In this document: piece after piece, positions 1-13,560 of the stretch
Layout of the letters: each line of letters starts with the position of its first letter
Numbering within the stretch: position 1 is the first letter of the stretch
DNA from: Octopus vulgaris
Taxonomy: Eukaryota
Reading direction: 5' to 3'
Length of the DNA: 64,000 nt
NCBI GenBank assembly: GCA_951406725.2
Contig: OX597819.1
Location: 105,152,001 to 105,216,000 of the forward strand
Position numbers and translations under genes: made by a program
The notes under the pieces: model-generated
What the model saw: the letters and a program-made list of their open reading frames with translations, nothing else
Databases searched by the model: none
Told to the model about the DNA's origin: nothing

Positions 1-599
1 TATAAAAAAGAAGGGAAAAACATTAGATATTATAATCTCCCCATCACAACAACCATTGCCATCTGAAAAAAAAAATGATATTGTTACTTCAGCTGTAGTT
101 GAACAGACATGCCTACATTTTACTTGTCAACAACCCAAGTGACAACATTGCTGTCTCTCTCAATTTTTCACTCTTAGAAAAGGACAAGGCCAAAAAAAGT
201 TTGATTCTCCATGGCTTACAGCAACTGAACATACCAGATGTTGTTATGAATTAATTGTTCTCCTCATAGACAACCACTAGTTACCTTGGATTCCCAATTT
301 AACTCTTTGTTCTCTTGGATTTTACATGTTCATTCATCAAGCCCCTGGCAATATATGGAAAAAGTGAATATAAAACTGATAGTGGTGGTGGCATTGATAG
401 AAGACTTAGGTAAATTATCAACATCTCTGGGTTTGAGGAGCACAGTGGCTAAGGTCTTAAAGTAGTGTTCAACGAAGTTAGCAGTTCAAATCTCACCACA
501 TCTGTTGTTTTATGTTTGGAAATACTATGCAAATCTGCTTTCCCCAGTTTGCTTCACAGGTGATTGCTTAACCTTAATTTGGATCTCCAGTTGTAATTA

Positions 600-812
600 T
601 CACCATTTATTACCCCTTTTCCGTACTGGCACGGGTTTGATGGTTTGATAGGCACTGACAAACCAGAGTGCTGCATCAGGCTTCAGTGTCTGCTTTGGCA
701 TGACTTCTACAGCTGGATGCCCTTCCTAACAGCAACCACTTCACAGAGTGTACTGGGTGCTTTTTTTTTCATAACAGCAGCACTGATGATGTGACCAAGT
801 ACTGAGTGGGTT
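600..812 (-). mobile_element. Degenerate RTE 3'-tail element
   Basis: Contains ctacagctggatgcccttcctaac, shared with the RTE 3' UTR at 52915-53070. Confidence 0.7.
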
Positions 813-899
813 ATAGTTTTGAAGTATTGAGGGATATGAAAATATGATAAAGGGACAGGAGCAGGCTTGCTAACGAGGTGAATACATGACTCCCCCATC

Positions 900-964
<65 letters not shown>

Positions 965-1419
965 TAGGGATAGAACAGAAAATGTAGGTGGGTAGGTATG
1001 TCTCCAACAATATACAAATGTACAACATTTTGGAAAGAATAGATGCAAGCAAAATAAATACATGCATATATATAACACAGACAAGTCCTTGTATTTAAAA
1101 TTTTATATGTTTTTAATTGGTGAAAAGTCTCTAGTTGGTTAATCAGTGGTTCATTTTATTTTTGACATTGAGAGGGTCAAGAGAATGTTTGTAACTTGGT
1201 CTAAAGTAAATATTAGAAGGGACTTTGAGAAGAACTAGTTTTTCAGAAGACAGTGCTCATAACTTTTTACAGGTCCTCTGAGAATGGTGGGATGGAGAAA
1301 ATTATCCTCAAACTAGATACCTGGCTCAAATGCTTTCAAGAGAGTGAACCCCTCCACTAAAGGGATTTGAAGATGTCAGGTGGTGGTGTTAAACTGAGCA
1401 ATAGATTAAGTCTAGTACT

Positions 1420-1670
1420 CTAGGAGGCCATGGTAGAATTTGAACTCAGAATGCAAAGTGCTAGAACAAATACGACAAGAAACCAGGTGCAACATTTCCT
1501 TCAGTTCTGTCAATCCATTGCTCTGAATTGGTACTTCTTGATTGACCTCTGAAAGGGTGAAAAGCAAAGTAGACCTTGGCAGGATTTGAACTTAGAGTAC
1601 AGAGAGTCAGAGTAAATACTGCAAATATTCTGTCTGACATGCTTATGACTCTACTAGCTTGCCACTTTTA
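1420..1670 (-). mobile_element. Two tandem degenerate Meta-domain SINE fragments
   Basis: tggtactt...gaaagggtgaaaagcaaagtagaccttggcaggatttgaact is the reverse complement of the family at 13339. Confidence 0.65.
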
Positions 1671-1900
1671 TATCCTTTGCTGATACACATTGGACAAAGA
1701 CATATGCACAAGCATGCTCACATGCAAACACACATGCATGTGATGGGCTTTCAATTAGTTTCCATCAACCAAAGTCCTCTTTTAAAGTGTTGGTCCATTG
1801 AGGCTTAGGTAGAAGACATTTGTCCAAGGTGACAGGCAGTAGGATCGAACCAGTAACCATGTGATTCTAAAATGAACATCTTAACCTCATTGCTTTGCAT

Positions 1901-2040
1901 GCACTCATAGCTAAGCTTGCATTCATAGCCATGCCTGCTCAAATGACCATGCTTTGTGTTCATAGCCATGCTTGTGTTCATAGTCATGCTTGCATTCATT
2001 GCCATGCAGCGTTCATTGTTATACTTGTGTCCATATTCAC
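1901..2040. repeat. Degenerate 18-bp minisatellite, about 7-8 units
   Basis: Unit approximately gcattcatagccatgctt; explains the repetitive ORFs 1805-2071 and 1895-2089. Confidence 0.75.
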
Positions 2041-2415
2041 TTGGATATACATACGCATACATCTTCTGCATGGTTTTGATTCAGTGTAACAAAGAATACA
2101 AACACATGGTATTGTTTTCGATTATGAAGACAAACGAATTAGCCACCAGATTATCAATTACCAATATTGATTATCTGTATTAATTGTAACACATTTTGTT
2201 TAATAATGAGTACATAAACAAAGGACTGCAAGGGAATTCACAGGAGAGACATTATACAATCTTTGAAATACATTAATAAATGAATCTTTACACTATCTGG
2301 TTGGAGACCTTGTTTTTTATTTTTATTAATTTTCTCTTTCTTTCTTGTATCCAGCAGTTGGGAACAGGTTTAGAGAAATTCTGACTGGTGCATACAACTG
2401 TGTGTGTGGGTGTGT

Positions 2416-2647
2416 GTCTCGGTCATTCAAAATGTGACTGCGTGTGTACTGTTGTCGATTTTTTTTTTTTTTTTTTTTTTTCCCTCCATCATCCCTTCTT
2501 TGGATCTTTCCTTTTCCTATGTTTTTGACGAAGAGCTCCGCTCGAAACGTTAAACACTCCTTCTTTCCTGAGTGTCCAATAATACTATACTTGTTCCATG
2601 TCCTCACGTTGTTGTGTTTTCTCTTTGTGTTTTCATGTTTGGATTAA
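2416..2647 (+). mobile_element. Penelope-like (PLE) pLTR or retrozyme-like fragment with hammerhead motif, family 1
   Basis: Homologous to 56411-56612; HHR motif at 2520-2556; ends at a (TA)n run. Confidence 0.7.
2520..2556 (+). ncRNA. Minimal type I hammerhead ribozyme motif with C3>U
   Basis: UGUUU-uUGACGA-A-GAGC-ucc-GCUC-GAAA-C-GUU^AAACA. Confidence 0.7.
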
Positions 2648-2659
2648 TTATATATATAT

Positions 2660-3425
2660 GTATATATATTTAGATACCTGTAGCATGGATGGCAACTGGA
2701 AATTTCTATGAAATATCCTACTTAGGGCTATAGATCTGACATATGACGGGGCAAAGTTCCAGTTAAGTTGAGGATAACATGGTGGTAGAATGGCATGCTT
2801 GATAGGACAGTAAAGGCTGAGAGACAGGCTTGGAAAACCTAGAAGGAAGCAAGTAGTAGGGAACATTATCAAATTGAAGAACAGCTAAGCAACAGGTATA
2901 CTTTGCTGTGAGTGAGGTAGAAATGAAGAGATTTGTACATGTTTTACAATGTGAGAATCAAAGGTATGAAGTGTTTAAGATTTTGAAACAGTATGTGAAA
3001 GAGAATCAAAATGTCATTGGTGAGAAGTGTTTTTTGGAAAGAGATACTTGCCATTGATATGGAAAACATGAAAGTGGCATAGAAGTGCTATTGTGAGAGA
3101 ATGTTGAGCTTGAAGAATAAATGGGATATAGAAGGTTTGTCTCATACTGATCTATATAGAGAGACCTGCAATTCAAGTTGACAGCAGTGTGGTCGATAAA
3201 GTGTTTCAAGGCCATGGAGAGAGGGAAAGCTGTTTTCATGAAGGATAGTTGCAGGAATATTCAAAATATCTGGTGAGGTAGGATGCATGATATACCTCCT
3301 GATAATTAATCAAGTTGTGCAGGAAGGTGTCATACCCAATGACAAGTTTTAGCAGTGTCATTGTAAACTGTTACAAAAGCAAAAGAGATGCCTTAGAGAG
3401 ATGAAACTATAGAGGAATCCAACTA
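2660..3425 (+). mobile_element. Highly degenerate RTE LINE ORF fragment (region upstream of RT plus RT start)
   Basis: The 3' end reads VIVNCYKSKRDALER*NYRGIQL, the RT domain 0/1 motif. Confidence 0.65.
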
Positions 3426-3458
3426 ATTTCTTTCAACTCTTCACTTACCTGTGTTTGT

Positions 3459-3497
<39 letters not shown>

Positions 3498-3799
3498 TTC
3501 AGTTGTTTGTTTATTTAATGTCCATTACCATTTTTATAATTACATCATCATTACCATTTTAATGTTCTGTCTTTCCCTACATGCAGAGGTCAGATGATGA
3601 CCTTGTTGAAGGAGATATTTCTATGGCAGGACACTCTGTTGCCATCCCTCATCTGTTTCCAGGCAAGGTAATATTTCCTCCAGTCAAACGAACAATAAAC
3701 CTGGAATGCTTTCATGGATACTGTTTCTGTGCACTCAGGCACATACTCAAGTACACTCACATATATACATTCATTCTCTCTCTCTCTCTCTCTCACACA

Positions 3800-3847
<48 letters not shown>

Positions 3848-5110
3848 GGGGTTCTTCTAGTTTCTGTCTACTATGTTTCATTTGTAAGGCATCGATCAAC
3901 TCTTGACTATTGTAGAACTCCTCAGTCAACAATCTCCTAGCAGTGGGAATGAACCCTCAGCTATGCTGTTCCCAAAGTGAATCCCTTAACCACATGGCTA
4001 TACTTAACCTATATAATATATAAACATAAAAAGATTAAGTAAAATTAAGTTGATTAGGCTTTTATATAAAGTGTTCAAATAGAATATTGTGTTTGCTTAA
4101 TTAATTAACAATGATGTAGTGAGTGATAGTGAGAAATTACTGTAATTATTAATTCCTATGATTAGCTGCCAGAGCTTATCAGTCATCAAATTTGGTAATG
4201 AATGTTGATTGGTGAGTTTGTTGAATTTTGTTTTAGTGTTGCCGTTAAAGAACATGTTGTTGTCAGCTCTAGGTTTGCTCTGATTGGCCAGGTTTATAAC
4301 CAAAGATGTACTAATTCTATCTTATTTCCAGACGTCTTGGACTTGATTCTCCAATGTATTCTATTTTGAAGACAGTAGCATATGATTTAAGAGAGATTTT
4401 GATACTGTTTTTGGCAAGTTGAGCAGCTATATTGAGGTTTCCTGTGCTAGCTTGTGTTAAACAAGTAACAGAGGTTTACAAGGCACTGAAATTGATTGCT
4501 CATTGGCCTTGACCACCCTATCTGTCTTTTTGTTTTTTTTGTGTAGGTATTTTAGGAATGACCTATATTATATACAACAGGTCTTTACTTATGATTGAAA
4601 GGTGTGATGTGAAATAAGTATACTGTTTTTACATGTTGCAATGAAAAGAACTGGTGTTGGGAAGGACACTCATTCATAAAACACTGCCTTAAAAAGTCCT
4701 GTCCAGCCCGCACCTGCAGGAAAAAGCAAATTTAAAAACATTGACAATGATAGCAGGATGTAATTTGAGTAAGAGATGGGTTCTATTCCTATCAGATTGA
4801 GTGACTATATAGAGGATCACTGATTACCTTGTGTAACAGAAGTTATACAGTTTAGCATGAAATTGTTGTATTTTGGAACAGAAGAACAAGCAGTAAACAA
4901 ATTTAATTTTGTATAGGTGTAAGCATGGGTATGCTGATACGGAGTTTGTTTTGTTACTATGTGGTTTGGAGATCTAGCTCACTGTGTGGCACCTTGGGCC
5001 AGTGTTTTCTACTGTGATATTGGATCTTGTAACATTAGTAGATGGAAACTGTATGGATGCCTATTGTGTGTGTGTGTGTGTGTATACATATATATATACA
5101 TATATATATC

Positions 5111-5487
5111 CTTTTATTTGTTTCAGTCATTTGACTGCAGCCATGCTGGAGCATCGCCTTTAGTCAAACAAATTGACCCCAGGACTTAGTCTTTGTAAGC
5201 CTAGTACTTATTCTATCGATCTCTTTTGCCGAACCACTAAGTTACAGGGACGTAAACACACTGACATCAGTTCGTGTGTGTGTGTGTGGGGGGGGGGACA
5301 GACATATAAACACACACACACATGCGACAGGCTTCTTTCAGTTTCTGTCTACCAAATCCACTCACAAGCTTTGGTTGGCTCGAGGTTATAGTGGAAGACA
5401 CTTGCCCAAGGTGCCACGCAGTGAGACTGAACCTGGAACCATGTGGTTGAGAAGTAAGCTACTTACCACACAGCCATTCCTGCACCT
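5111..5487 (-). mobile_element. tRNA-derived CORE-type SINE (head, microsatellite linker, tail A)
   Basis: The minus strand has A/B-box-like tggctgtgtggt and ggttcagtc, CORE-like gcaccttgggcaagtg, and a tail ending in the gactgaaacaa motif. A + strand head lies just upstream at 4915-5065. Confidence 0.85.
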
Positions 5488-5552
5488 ATATATATTACAT
5501 ATATGGTGCAAAACTACTCAGCCTATATATATTACACATATGGTGCAAAACT

Positions 5553-5680
5553 AAACAAAAATATGAAGACAATAATAAAAAAATCAAATGTAGTGTAAGT
5601 GTATAAGATTTACTCTCAAGAAAAATAGAAAAAAAAGTCTTTTATGTTTTGAGCATATGCTCATCTATAGAAAGAACAAA
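5553..5680 (-). mobile_element. PLE or retrozyme-like fragment, family 2, with decayed hammerhead at 5639-5674
   Basis: Minus strand CUUU-CUAUAGA-U-GAGC-auau-GCUC-AAAA-C-AUA-AAAG; homologous to 37850-38015. Confidence 0.6.
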
Positions 5681-5719
5681 TGTATCTCAATTAGACAGTC
5701 ACCACCTACTGAAATCCTC

Positions 5720-6560
5720 AGCGTCATCATCATTATTTAATGTCCATTGTCCATGCTGACATGGGCTGGAAGGCTGTGCCAGGATCCAGTCTGATTTGGC
5801 ATGGTTTTCTAACACCAACCACTGAGAGTGTAATGGGTGCTTTTACATGCCTCTGGCATAGGTGCCATTTGTGTGAGACTGCTATCTACTATGTCTGCAA
5901 TTTTGCTCGGCTTGATAGGTCTTCTTCTCAAGTACAACATAATGCCAAAGATTGTGGTCTTTGCCTCCCTGAAACCCAACACTCAAAAGGAGCTCGGCCA
6001 CCTTGCCTCCATGATGCCCAATGCTTGAAAGGAACTCAGCCATCTTGCCTCCATGAGGCCTGCTCAAAAGGAACTCAGCCACCTTACCTCTGTGAGGCCC
6101 AACGCCCGAAAGGAACTCAGCCACTTTGCCTCCATCAAGCCCAATGTTCAAAAGTTGATTTTTTTTTTTACATGCCAGTAGCATGGGTGTACTTAGCTTG
6201 ACGGGTCCTCTTCAGCAGAGCACATCGCCAAAGGTCTCGGTCACTAGACATTGCCTCTGTGAAGTTCAAAGTTTGAAGGTCATGCTTCACCACCTCGTCC
6301 CATGTCTTCATGGGTCTACCTCTACCACAGGTTCCTTCCACAGTTAGAGATCGGCCCTTCTTTACACAAATGTCCTCATCCATATGCATCACATGACCAT
6401 ACCAGTGCAGTCGTCTCTCTTGTACACCACATCTGATTCCTCTTATGCCTAACTTTTCTCTCAAGAAGCTTACACTCTGTCGAATATGCACACTGACATT
6501 GCACATCCAGCGAAGCATACTGGCATCATTTCTCTCAAGCCTATCCATGTCCTCAGCTGT
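5720..6560 (-). mobile_element. 5'-truncated RTE LINE: C-terminal ORF at about 6190-6560 plus 3' UTR with a 42-bp tandem repeat at 5960-6154
   Basis: TAEDMDRLERNDASMLRWMC...RRLHWYGHVMHM...GRGRPMKTW; homologous to ORF 51780-52442. Confidence 0.9.
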
Positions 6561-7468
6561 TATATATAAATATATATATATATATATTTGCTTGTGTGTG
6601 TGTACATATGTCAACATCATTATCATTTAACATCCATTTTTCAAGCTGGCACAGGTCAGGGTTCTTTTTGAATGTTTGTATTTCATGACTTTACATGAAA
6701 ACGCATTGAGCAAAAACAGTAATGTTTGTTGACAAACCCTACCAAATCACCTTGTGAGCTCTATTATGTTCAAAGATGAGTGGAATGAAGTATCAATTGC
6801 TTGAAAAACAGTTAAGGGTTGGCAACAGGAAGGGCATCTGGCTCTTAAACAATTTGCATTTTTCTGATTTAAAATAGCATGAAAAAAACGGGATGTAAAA
6901 TGATCAAATATTTATTTTTTTTTTTAATTGACCAAGAGTACCACATGAAACTGAAGTGATTATGGTGATGATGATATTGATAATGGCAGGTAGATATTCA
7001 CACTTGCATGTGTCAAACACCCATGGTGAATCCATGTTTAATAAACACTTTTTACATTTGTTTGTTTATTTACATTCACCCCTCCCCCCCACCTCCACTG
7101 CCTGCATGGATTAGACGAAGAATTATCTGAGATAGAATTTAACACTCTAAAGTGGTTTGCATTAAGGAGGGCATCCATCTGTAAAAATCATGCCAAAGCT
7201 GACAATGGAACTTGATACAGCCCTTGGGGTTCACCAAATCCTTTCAAACTATCCAACCTATGAATGTTAAATGATGATAATAATGATGATGCTCTTCTTG
7301 TTGCCAACCTTTGCCCATTTTTCAAGTAAGATATTAATTATTCCAGAGGTCTTTGAAAGCTCATATCAATTACTTGTAAATTCAACAAGGACTGTTGGTA
7401 TCGTCACCATTTTACTCAAATGGTAGTAAGCATGGAATGTCAACATTTGTGTGTGTGTGTGTGCACAT

Positions 7469-7502
<34 letters not shown>

Positions 7503-8809
7503 GGCTTCCTGCAGTTTCTGGCTGCCAAATTCATTCACAAGACAGTAGTTGGCTTAGGTGTTGTGGGACAGAATCCCAAAGCCATATGGTTGAGAAGTGA
7601 ACTTCTTAACTACACAGCCATACCTGTGCCTATCCATCCATGCCTGTGCTTTTATCATCATTATATATATATTATTATATTATATTGGCAAATATTCACA
7701 GTTACAGTCATTGATTCCAGAGATGAAGAGAACTGCTGCACATATTTAATAAATATCTTTTTATTATCGTTACCCACACATACATCCCCTTCACACACAC
7801 ACACACACCTTGGTATTTGTATTTATTCAGAAAAAACTGATTGATACAGAATATATAATTGCTTCATTAACCAGTGCTCCATTGATGATGATACATCATC
7901 AACACATTCATCTTCTTTTATGAATACGCTTGTAATTAAAACATTATTCCTATGAAGTATCTTAGAGGATTGGTATACACTGTGCTATTGAAGTTGTCAT
8001 AGAAATAACTTAGTGGTCTCAATGGCTATGTGTTTGATGTTGGAATGATAACTAAAGAATTTACCATTTCAGTTCTCAATATATTCTTTGTGGGTTTGAC
8101 AGCTCAATTGTAATAGTTGTAATGAGAAATGATAACTATTTTACATGAATAAATTGCTATTACTTCTAGTTATTTCCTCTTAAACAAGAGCTTAAGAAAT
8201 CTGGGAGTTTAGTGAGAAAGCTTATAGTTGTACTATTTTATACAAGGGCTTTGACTGGCAAGTTGCATTCAGACCTTTAGTGCGGCAGATGTAATGTTGT
8301 GATTGCATAAACACATAATGTGATAGTACATAGTCTTAGGTATTGGGCTCATGATCATAATGTTGTTGGTTCAATCCCTGGGATCAAGTGGCACAGTGTG
8401 CCCTTGAGCAAGAGACTTCATTTCACATTGCTCTAGTTCACTCAGTTGAAAATGAGTATGACAACAGTTAGGTGTTAACCTTGACCTCAGTTTGATTCTT
8501 GATGATGATATAAATATGATTGTTTCATAACATAATCTTTAAATCTGACTCCTTAACTTTAACAATTTTGTTTCTTTCTCTCTATCATTTGTTCATACTT
8601 TTTCTGAGTCAAGGTTTCATCATACTTGGTGGTTTCTGAATTCTCCACCGATGAAAATAGATACATCATTTCTTAAATTATTATTTTAGTTGGTACAGCT
8701 TGATTTGTGATAAGTTGTACTGCTAGAAAAATGCTGCTCTACAGTGTACATTAACAGGAATTACATCTGCACTAGATTTTGAACAGTTCAGTTTCTGATT
8801 GTCATCAGA

Positions 8810-9025
8810 TAGCTTATTCTTAAGCTTTATATATTAGCTTATTCTTAGCTATATAGAAAAGTCTCAGACAGAATCCAAACAAATAAGCTTTAAATATTAG
8901 CTTCTTCTTTCATAGCTATTTACATGGTCCCAAATAGGATTCAAACAAGTAAGCTATATATATAAACTTGTACTTAGCGATGTACATGGTCCTAGATGGA
9001 ATTGAAACTTATAAGCTTTATGTAT
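8810..9025. repeat. Diverged tandem repeat of about 63 bp, 3+ units
   Basis: Units start with taagct at 8821, 8884, 8950 and 9012. Confidence 0.7.
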
Positions 9026-10480
9026 GAAGTAAAGGTGATAAGGGTTTCAATGACTGAGCATTTGAACTATCTGATCATTGAATTAATGTGTTGTGGTTTG
9101 AGTATTCCACATACAGACATGCGTATTCTTAATGTAATTCTTTGGTAAAACCAGCATGACACTGTGTGGTGACAAGGCTGCACCTTTAAATTGCTGCTCG
9201 TACAATCTTTCCAACATGTTTCCACACAGTTTCAGTCTATTCAATTTCACTTGCAGGAATGAGTTGACTTACAGTTATGGTAAAAGGAATTCATGATGGT
9301 GATGCAAAGTTCTTAACCATTCAGCCTTGCTAAGAGTATAAGAGTAATGATAAGCATAAGCAGTTATCCATTTGTAGAAACTCTAAAGATAGCACAGAAA
9401 TTATAATCTGAATAGCAATAACTCACCTCTGATGTTAAGGCATTTAATAAATGTAATGAATATTTTGTGCAGTACATGGACTTCATTTGATGTGTATTCT
9501 TAATGCTAGCTGTTCTTTCTAACACACTAAAATCATGGCTGTTCTTCGTCAATCTGCCAGAGATGTCACTGTATCTTTTGTGAGTACACAGCATTGATTG
9601 TTTTCCCATGCTATTCCTACACTCTGAGCAAGGACACTTCTCAGATGGGGTTGGGATTTTTGTGCTATACTTAGGTTGAGTGAATTAATTATAGCCCCTG
9701 CCCCTTATCAAAATAAAGGTTCTTGTGCTTGCCAAATAAATCAATGTCAAGCTTAGTGAAAATACTTTTTTTTTTAAATGAGGAGAGTTCTCACAATTCC
9801 GGCTAAAGGTCATATGAGTGTGTTTTTAATTATCATTTAATTCCTTCTGAACTGTGAACCCTTGGAAAGACTACTCTCTGTACATGTGCACACACCCAAA
9901 CACTCACCCACCTGTGCATACATACACACACACAACACAATACATACACATGTATTCACATCACAATACACATATATAGACAGGCATGAGAGAGAGAGAG
10001 AGAGAGAGAGGAACTGAGAGAGAGTTTTGATATTTGTTTAGAAAAAGATGCTTATACAGGCATGGATGTGATTTGTAAAATATCTTGTGGCTGAATATAA
10101 ATATATGTGTATATATGAGATATGTGTGTGTGTGTGTGCGTGTGTGTGTATTATTAATATGTTTATACCTACACTATAGACATATACACAAATAATATAT
10201 ATGTCTGTGAGTGAATATATGTATATACTTCTATGTATAAAATCATACAGCACTTACTGGTATTTCCAGTATTGGCATGGATTAAATAGTTTGACAGGAT
10301 CCAGTTGGAACACCCTTGTCATGCTCCAAAGCCTGATGTGGCATGGTTTCTTTAGTTAGATGTCCTTCCTTATGCCAACCATTTTATAGTGTACTGGGTG
10401 CTTTTTTCCATGGCACCAGCACTAGTGAGGTTACCTTGCAACTTGTAAGACTAAAGGGACACTTACACCTGAAAGAGAAC

Positions 10481-10540
<60 letters not shown>

Positions 10541-11568
10541 TGGTTTTAGGCAAGGTGATGAGAAAGGGTGAAGTATGAAAGCAGCACATTTATAGTTGCG
10601 AGCAGGTAACAAAAAGAGTAACAGTATGTAACTATAGGGAAAGGGAATATGAAAGGAATAGGAAAAAGGAAATAGATTAGTGTTAGTGGTTAGTGAGAAA
10701 GGGAGGGACAGCATGGTGAGGAAGATGTGATGAGTTGTCTAAGGAGAGACCCAGGATTCCAGCATTATAAGGGCAAGGATGGGGAAAGGCATGAGAAAAA
10801 GCAGATGAGGGTAGACACCATGCAGTCCTTAGGTCCATTGGATCCTGTCAAACGCATGCCAGTATGGAACCTGGACATAAACGATGATGAGATATACATA
10901 TAGTATCATAATCATCATTATCATCACCATCATTCTACCTTTTCTTTTTGATATGACATACGACTTCTCATCGTCACTGTTATATCTGAATTGTAATAAT
11001 ATCAAATGTTCCTGATGTTCTTATTACTCTCCAACTGTGTATCTTCAACAAGCTCTCATTGATATCTCTATTCAATAATTCCTATGACCTGTACGCTATG
11101 ACTGCGCATATGACACTCTTCTCAGACTGTTGTGTGCATGCTCATTTATACTAACTAGTATAGTTCATTTAGCCAATCATGGGCATGTAGAGATTCCCCA
11201 TACAACACTTTTCATGCTGGCATGGGCTAGATGGGTCACCATTGTCCAAGTCAGCTCTTATTTGGAACTGCTGCTCTTCCAGGCAGGTTAGAGGATTTAT
11301 ATATTACTTGTATGCTTCATTTGTTTTTTTGTTTGATTTCTATGGCTAAATGCTCTTCCTTGGATCAAACACTTAACAGATTGTATCTATGCACTTTCGT
11401 CATGGTACCAACTTAGAGTAAGTACTGAGACATGGCAACTTCTCTGGTGCTGGTGCTATGATAAAATGCACTTGGTACATTGTTTTGTGTGGGAGTTCTT
11501 GAGCATAAAAAAGATGGACTTAGAATGATAATGATTGTAAGCACGTCTCTGATATCTATATATATACT

Positions 11569-11900
11569 GAGACCCCCTTTGGTCACGACTGACCATGGGA
11601 TTGCACCTAGAAAGTTACCCTCCCAGGTACAAGTCCGGGCAAGGCTGTTTATGGAAGACCGGCAATCACCCATGCATACTGGCCTCCCCTCTCTGTGCTA
11701 CCAGTGTTATCCGAGGGAAAGGCAAAGGCTGATACAGCTTGGCACCAGTGATGTTACAACTCATTTCTACAGGTGAGTGGAACAATGTGAAATAAAGCGT
11801 CTTGCTCAAGAATACAACATGCAGCCTGGTCCGGGATTCGAACTCACAACCTCACGATTGTAAGCTCGACGCTCTAACCACTGAGCCATGCACCTTCACT
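11569..11900 (-). mobile_element. tRNA-derived SINE, third family, in a TA tract
   Basis: Minus strand gtgaaggtgcatggctcagtggttagagc...gagttcgaatccc has A and B boxes, followed by CORE-like cttgagcaagac. Degenerate copies at about 8330-8460 and 12985-13230. Confidence 0.85.
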
Positions 11901-12720
11901 ATCTATATATATATAGACATTACATATATATAAAGAAGGAGAGAGAAGCTAAAGGAAAAAGAGAAGGAAGAAGCTAAAGGAAGTAAAGAAAGAAGCCAAG
12001 AAAGATACACATGCACGCACACACACATACATATATATTTGTATATATATACACAACATATGTACATGTATGTTTATGTCTGTATCTTTCTTGGCTTCTT
12101 TCCTTCCTTCTTTTAGCTTCTTCCTTTCTCTTTTTCCTTTAGCTTCTTTAATTCTTTCTGTTTTGTTTCTATATATGAGACAGACGCCCATAAATAATTA
12201 ATTAGATAATTCTTTCTGTCTTTGAATATATTAGTGTATGTGTTGTGTGAATGAGAGGATGTGCATGTATTTATGTATGTGTTGTGTGTGTAAGTTATAG
12301 TTATATGTACATACATCTCATTCTGTTTCTTGTATTAAAAAAATATCCTTAATCCATTCAACATGTAGTTCAAATCCCAGCTAATCCTTACAGTGTTCTT
12401 TCTGAAATAGCTTCTTTGCGCCAGATTTGCCACACAAAAAAGTAACATAGCAAGAATGGTGAATGATGACAGATTTTTCTCTGTAACTGCAGGTAGCTTT
12501 CTTTGGCAGAACTGTTTCAGAGTTGGTAATTCAACTCTTGTAATCTTCATTTTATATCTTCTATATATTGCTTTTGATTATTCAGCCATTTATTTAATCA
12601 GAAGATTAAATTTTACTTCTCCCGTCTGTCTGTCTGTCTGTCGGTCTGTCTGTCTGTCTCTCCCTCCCTCCCTCATTCACCTCTCATACCATCATCATGT
12701 CAGTCTGTCATTCTGTACTT

Positions 12721-13338
12721 CTTTTATTCAATCATTCTTTTACAAAGTCATTCCAGTCAGTTTTATGTGTTAATATTCTGTCTTTCAAGTTTTCCTTGAG
12801 TAATTCAGTCATTCTTTTATTCAATCGTTTGTTCATAGAGTTATCTCAGTAGTTGCTGTACTGGGTTTTTGTGTGTTAGTTTTCTATCATTCAGTAATTC
12901 ACCAAATCTTTTATTCAGTCATTCATTCACATAGCTATTTCAATAGTTGCCGTGTCAGCTTTTTCTATGTTAATATTCTGTCATGTGAAGGCATGTGGTC
13001 TCATGGTTAGAGTGTTAGGCTTACAATCAAATTCTACACTGAGTGGTGCATTTTGCCCTCGGGCAAGGCACTTCATTCCACATCACTCCATTTGACTCAA
13101 CTGAAAATGTTGAGAGAGGTGAGTGGGTATTGATGTTTGATCAAGATTACATTAGCCTCTAAAACAGTTAGTGAAAGCCTGGTGCTTGCCACCAAGTCAT
13201 AAATGCTTGTTAGTGATAGCTGAGTGTTATCCTGTCATTCAGTTTTCATTCAGCTGTTCTTTTATTCTTACATTCAGTCATTCTTTCACATAGTTATACC
13301 AGTAGTCAACATTTTGTGTTTTAATATTTAATTAACAT
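12721..13338. repeat. Diverged tandem array of about 93 bp, interrupted by a SINE
   Basis: Units start with cttttattca at 12721, 12814 and 12908 and resume near 13230. Confidence 0.65.
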
Positions 13339-13560
13339 AAGGTGGCGAGCTGGCAGAAACGGTAACATGCTGGGCGAAATGCCTAGTGGTATTTTGTCTG
13401 TCTTTACATTCTGAGTTCAAATTCCACCGAGGTCGACTTTGCCTTTCATCCTTTTGGGGTTGATAAATTAAGTACCAGTTGCATAGAGTATTGGGTGTCG
13501 ATCAAATTGACTGGCTCCCTTCCCCAAAATTTCGAGCCTTGTGCCTAGAGTAGAAAAGAC
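13339..13560 (+). mobile_element. Meta-domain SINE with 14-bp TSD
   Basis: Meta-like core gaggtcgactttgcctttcatcc...gataaattaagtaccag; TSD tatttaattaacat at 13325-13338 and 13561-13574. Confidence 0.88.

Noticed and set aside
8770-8815. Minus-strand CUGAUGA...GAAA resembling a hammerhead
   Set aside because: Helix II is only 6 nt with no pairing, and helix I has no complementarity
11826-11900. tRNA gene candidate on the minus strand
   Set aside because: It has A and B boxes but no paired acceptor stem and continues into a SINE body, so it is a SINE head
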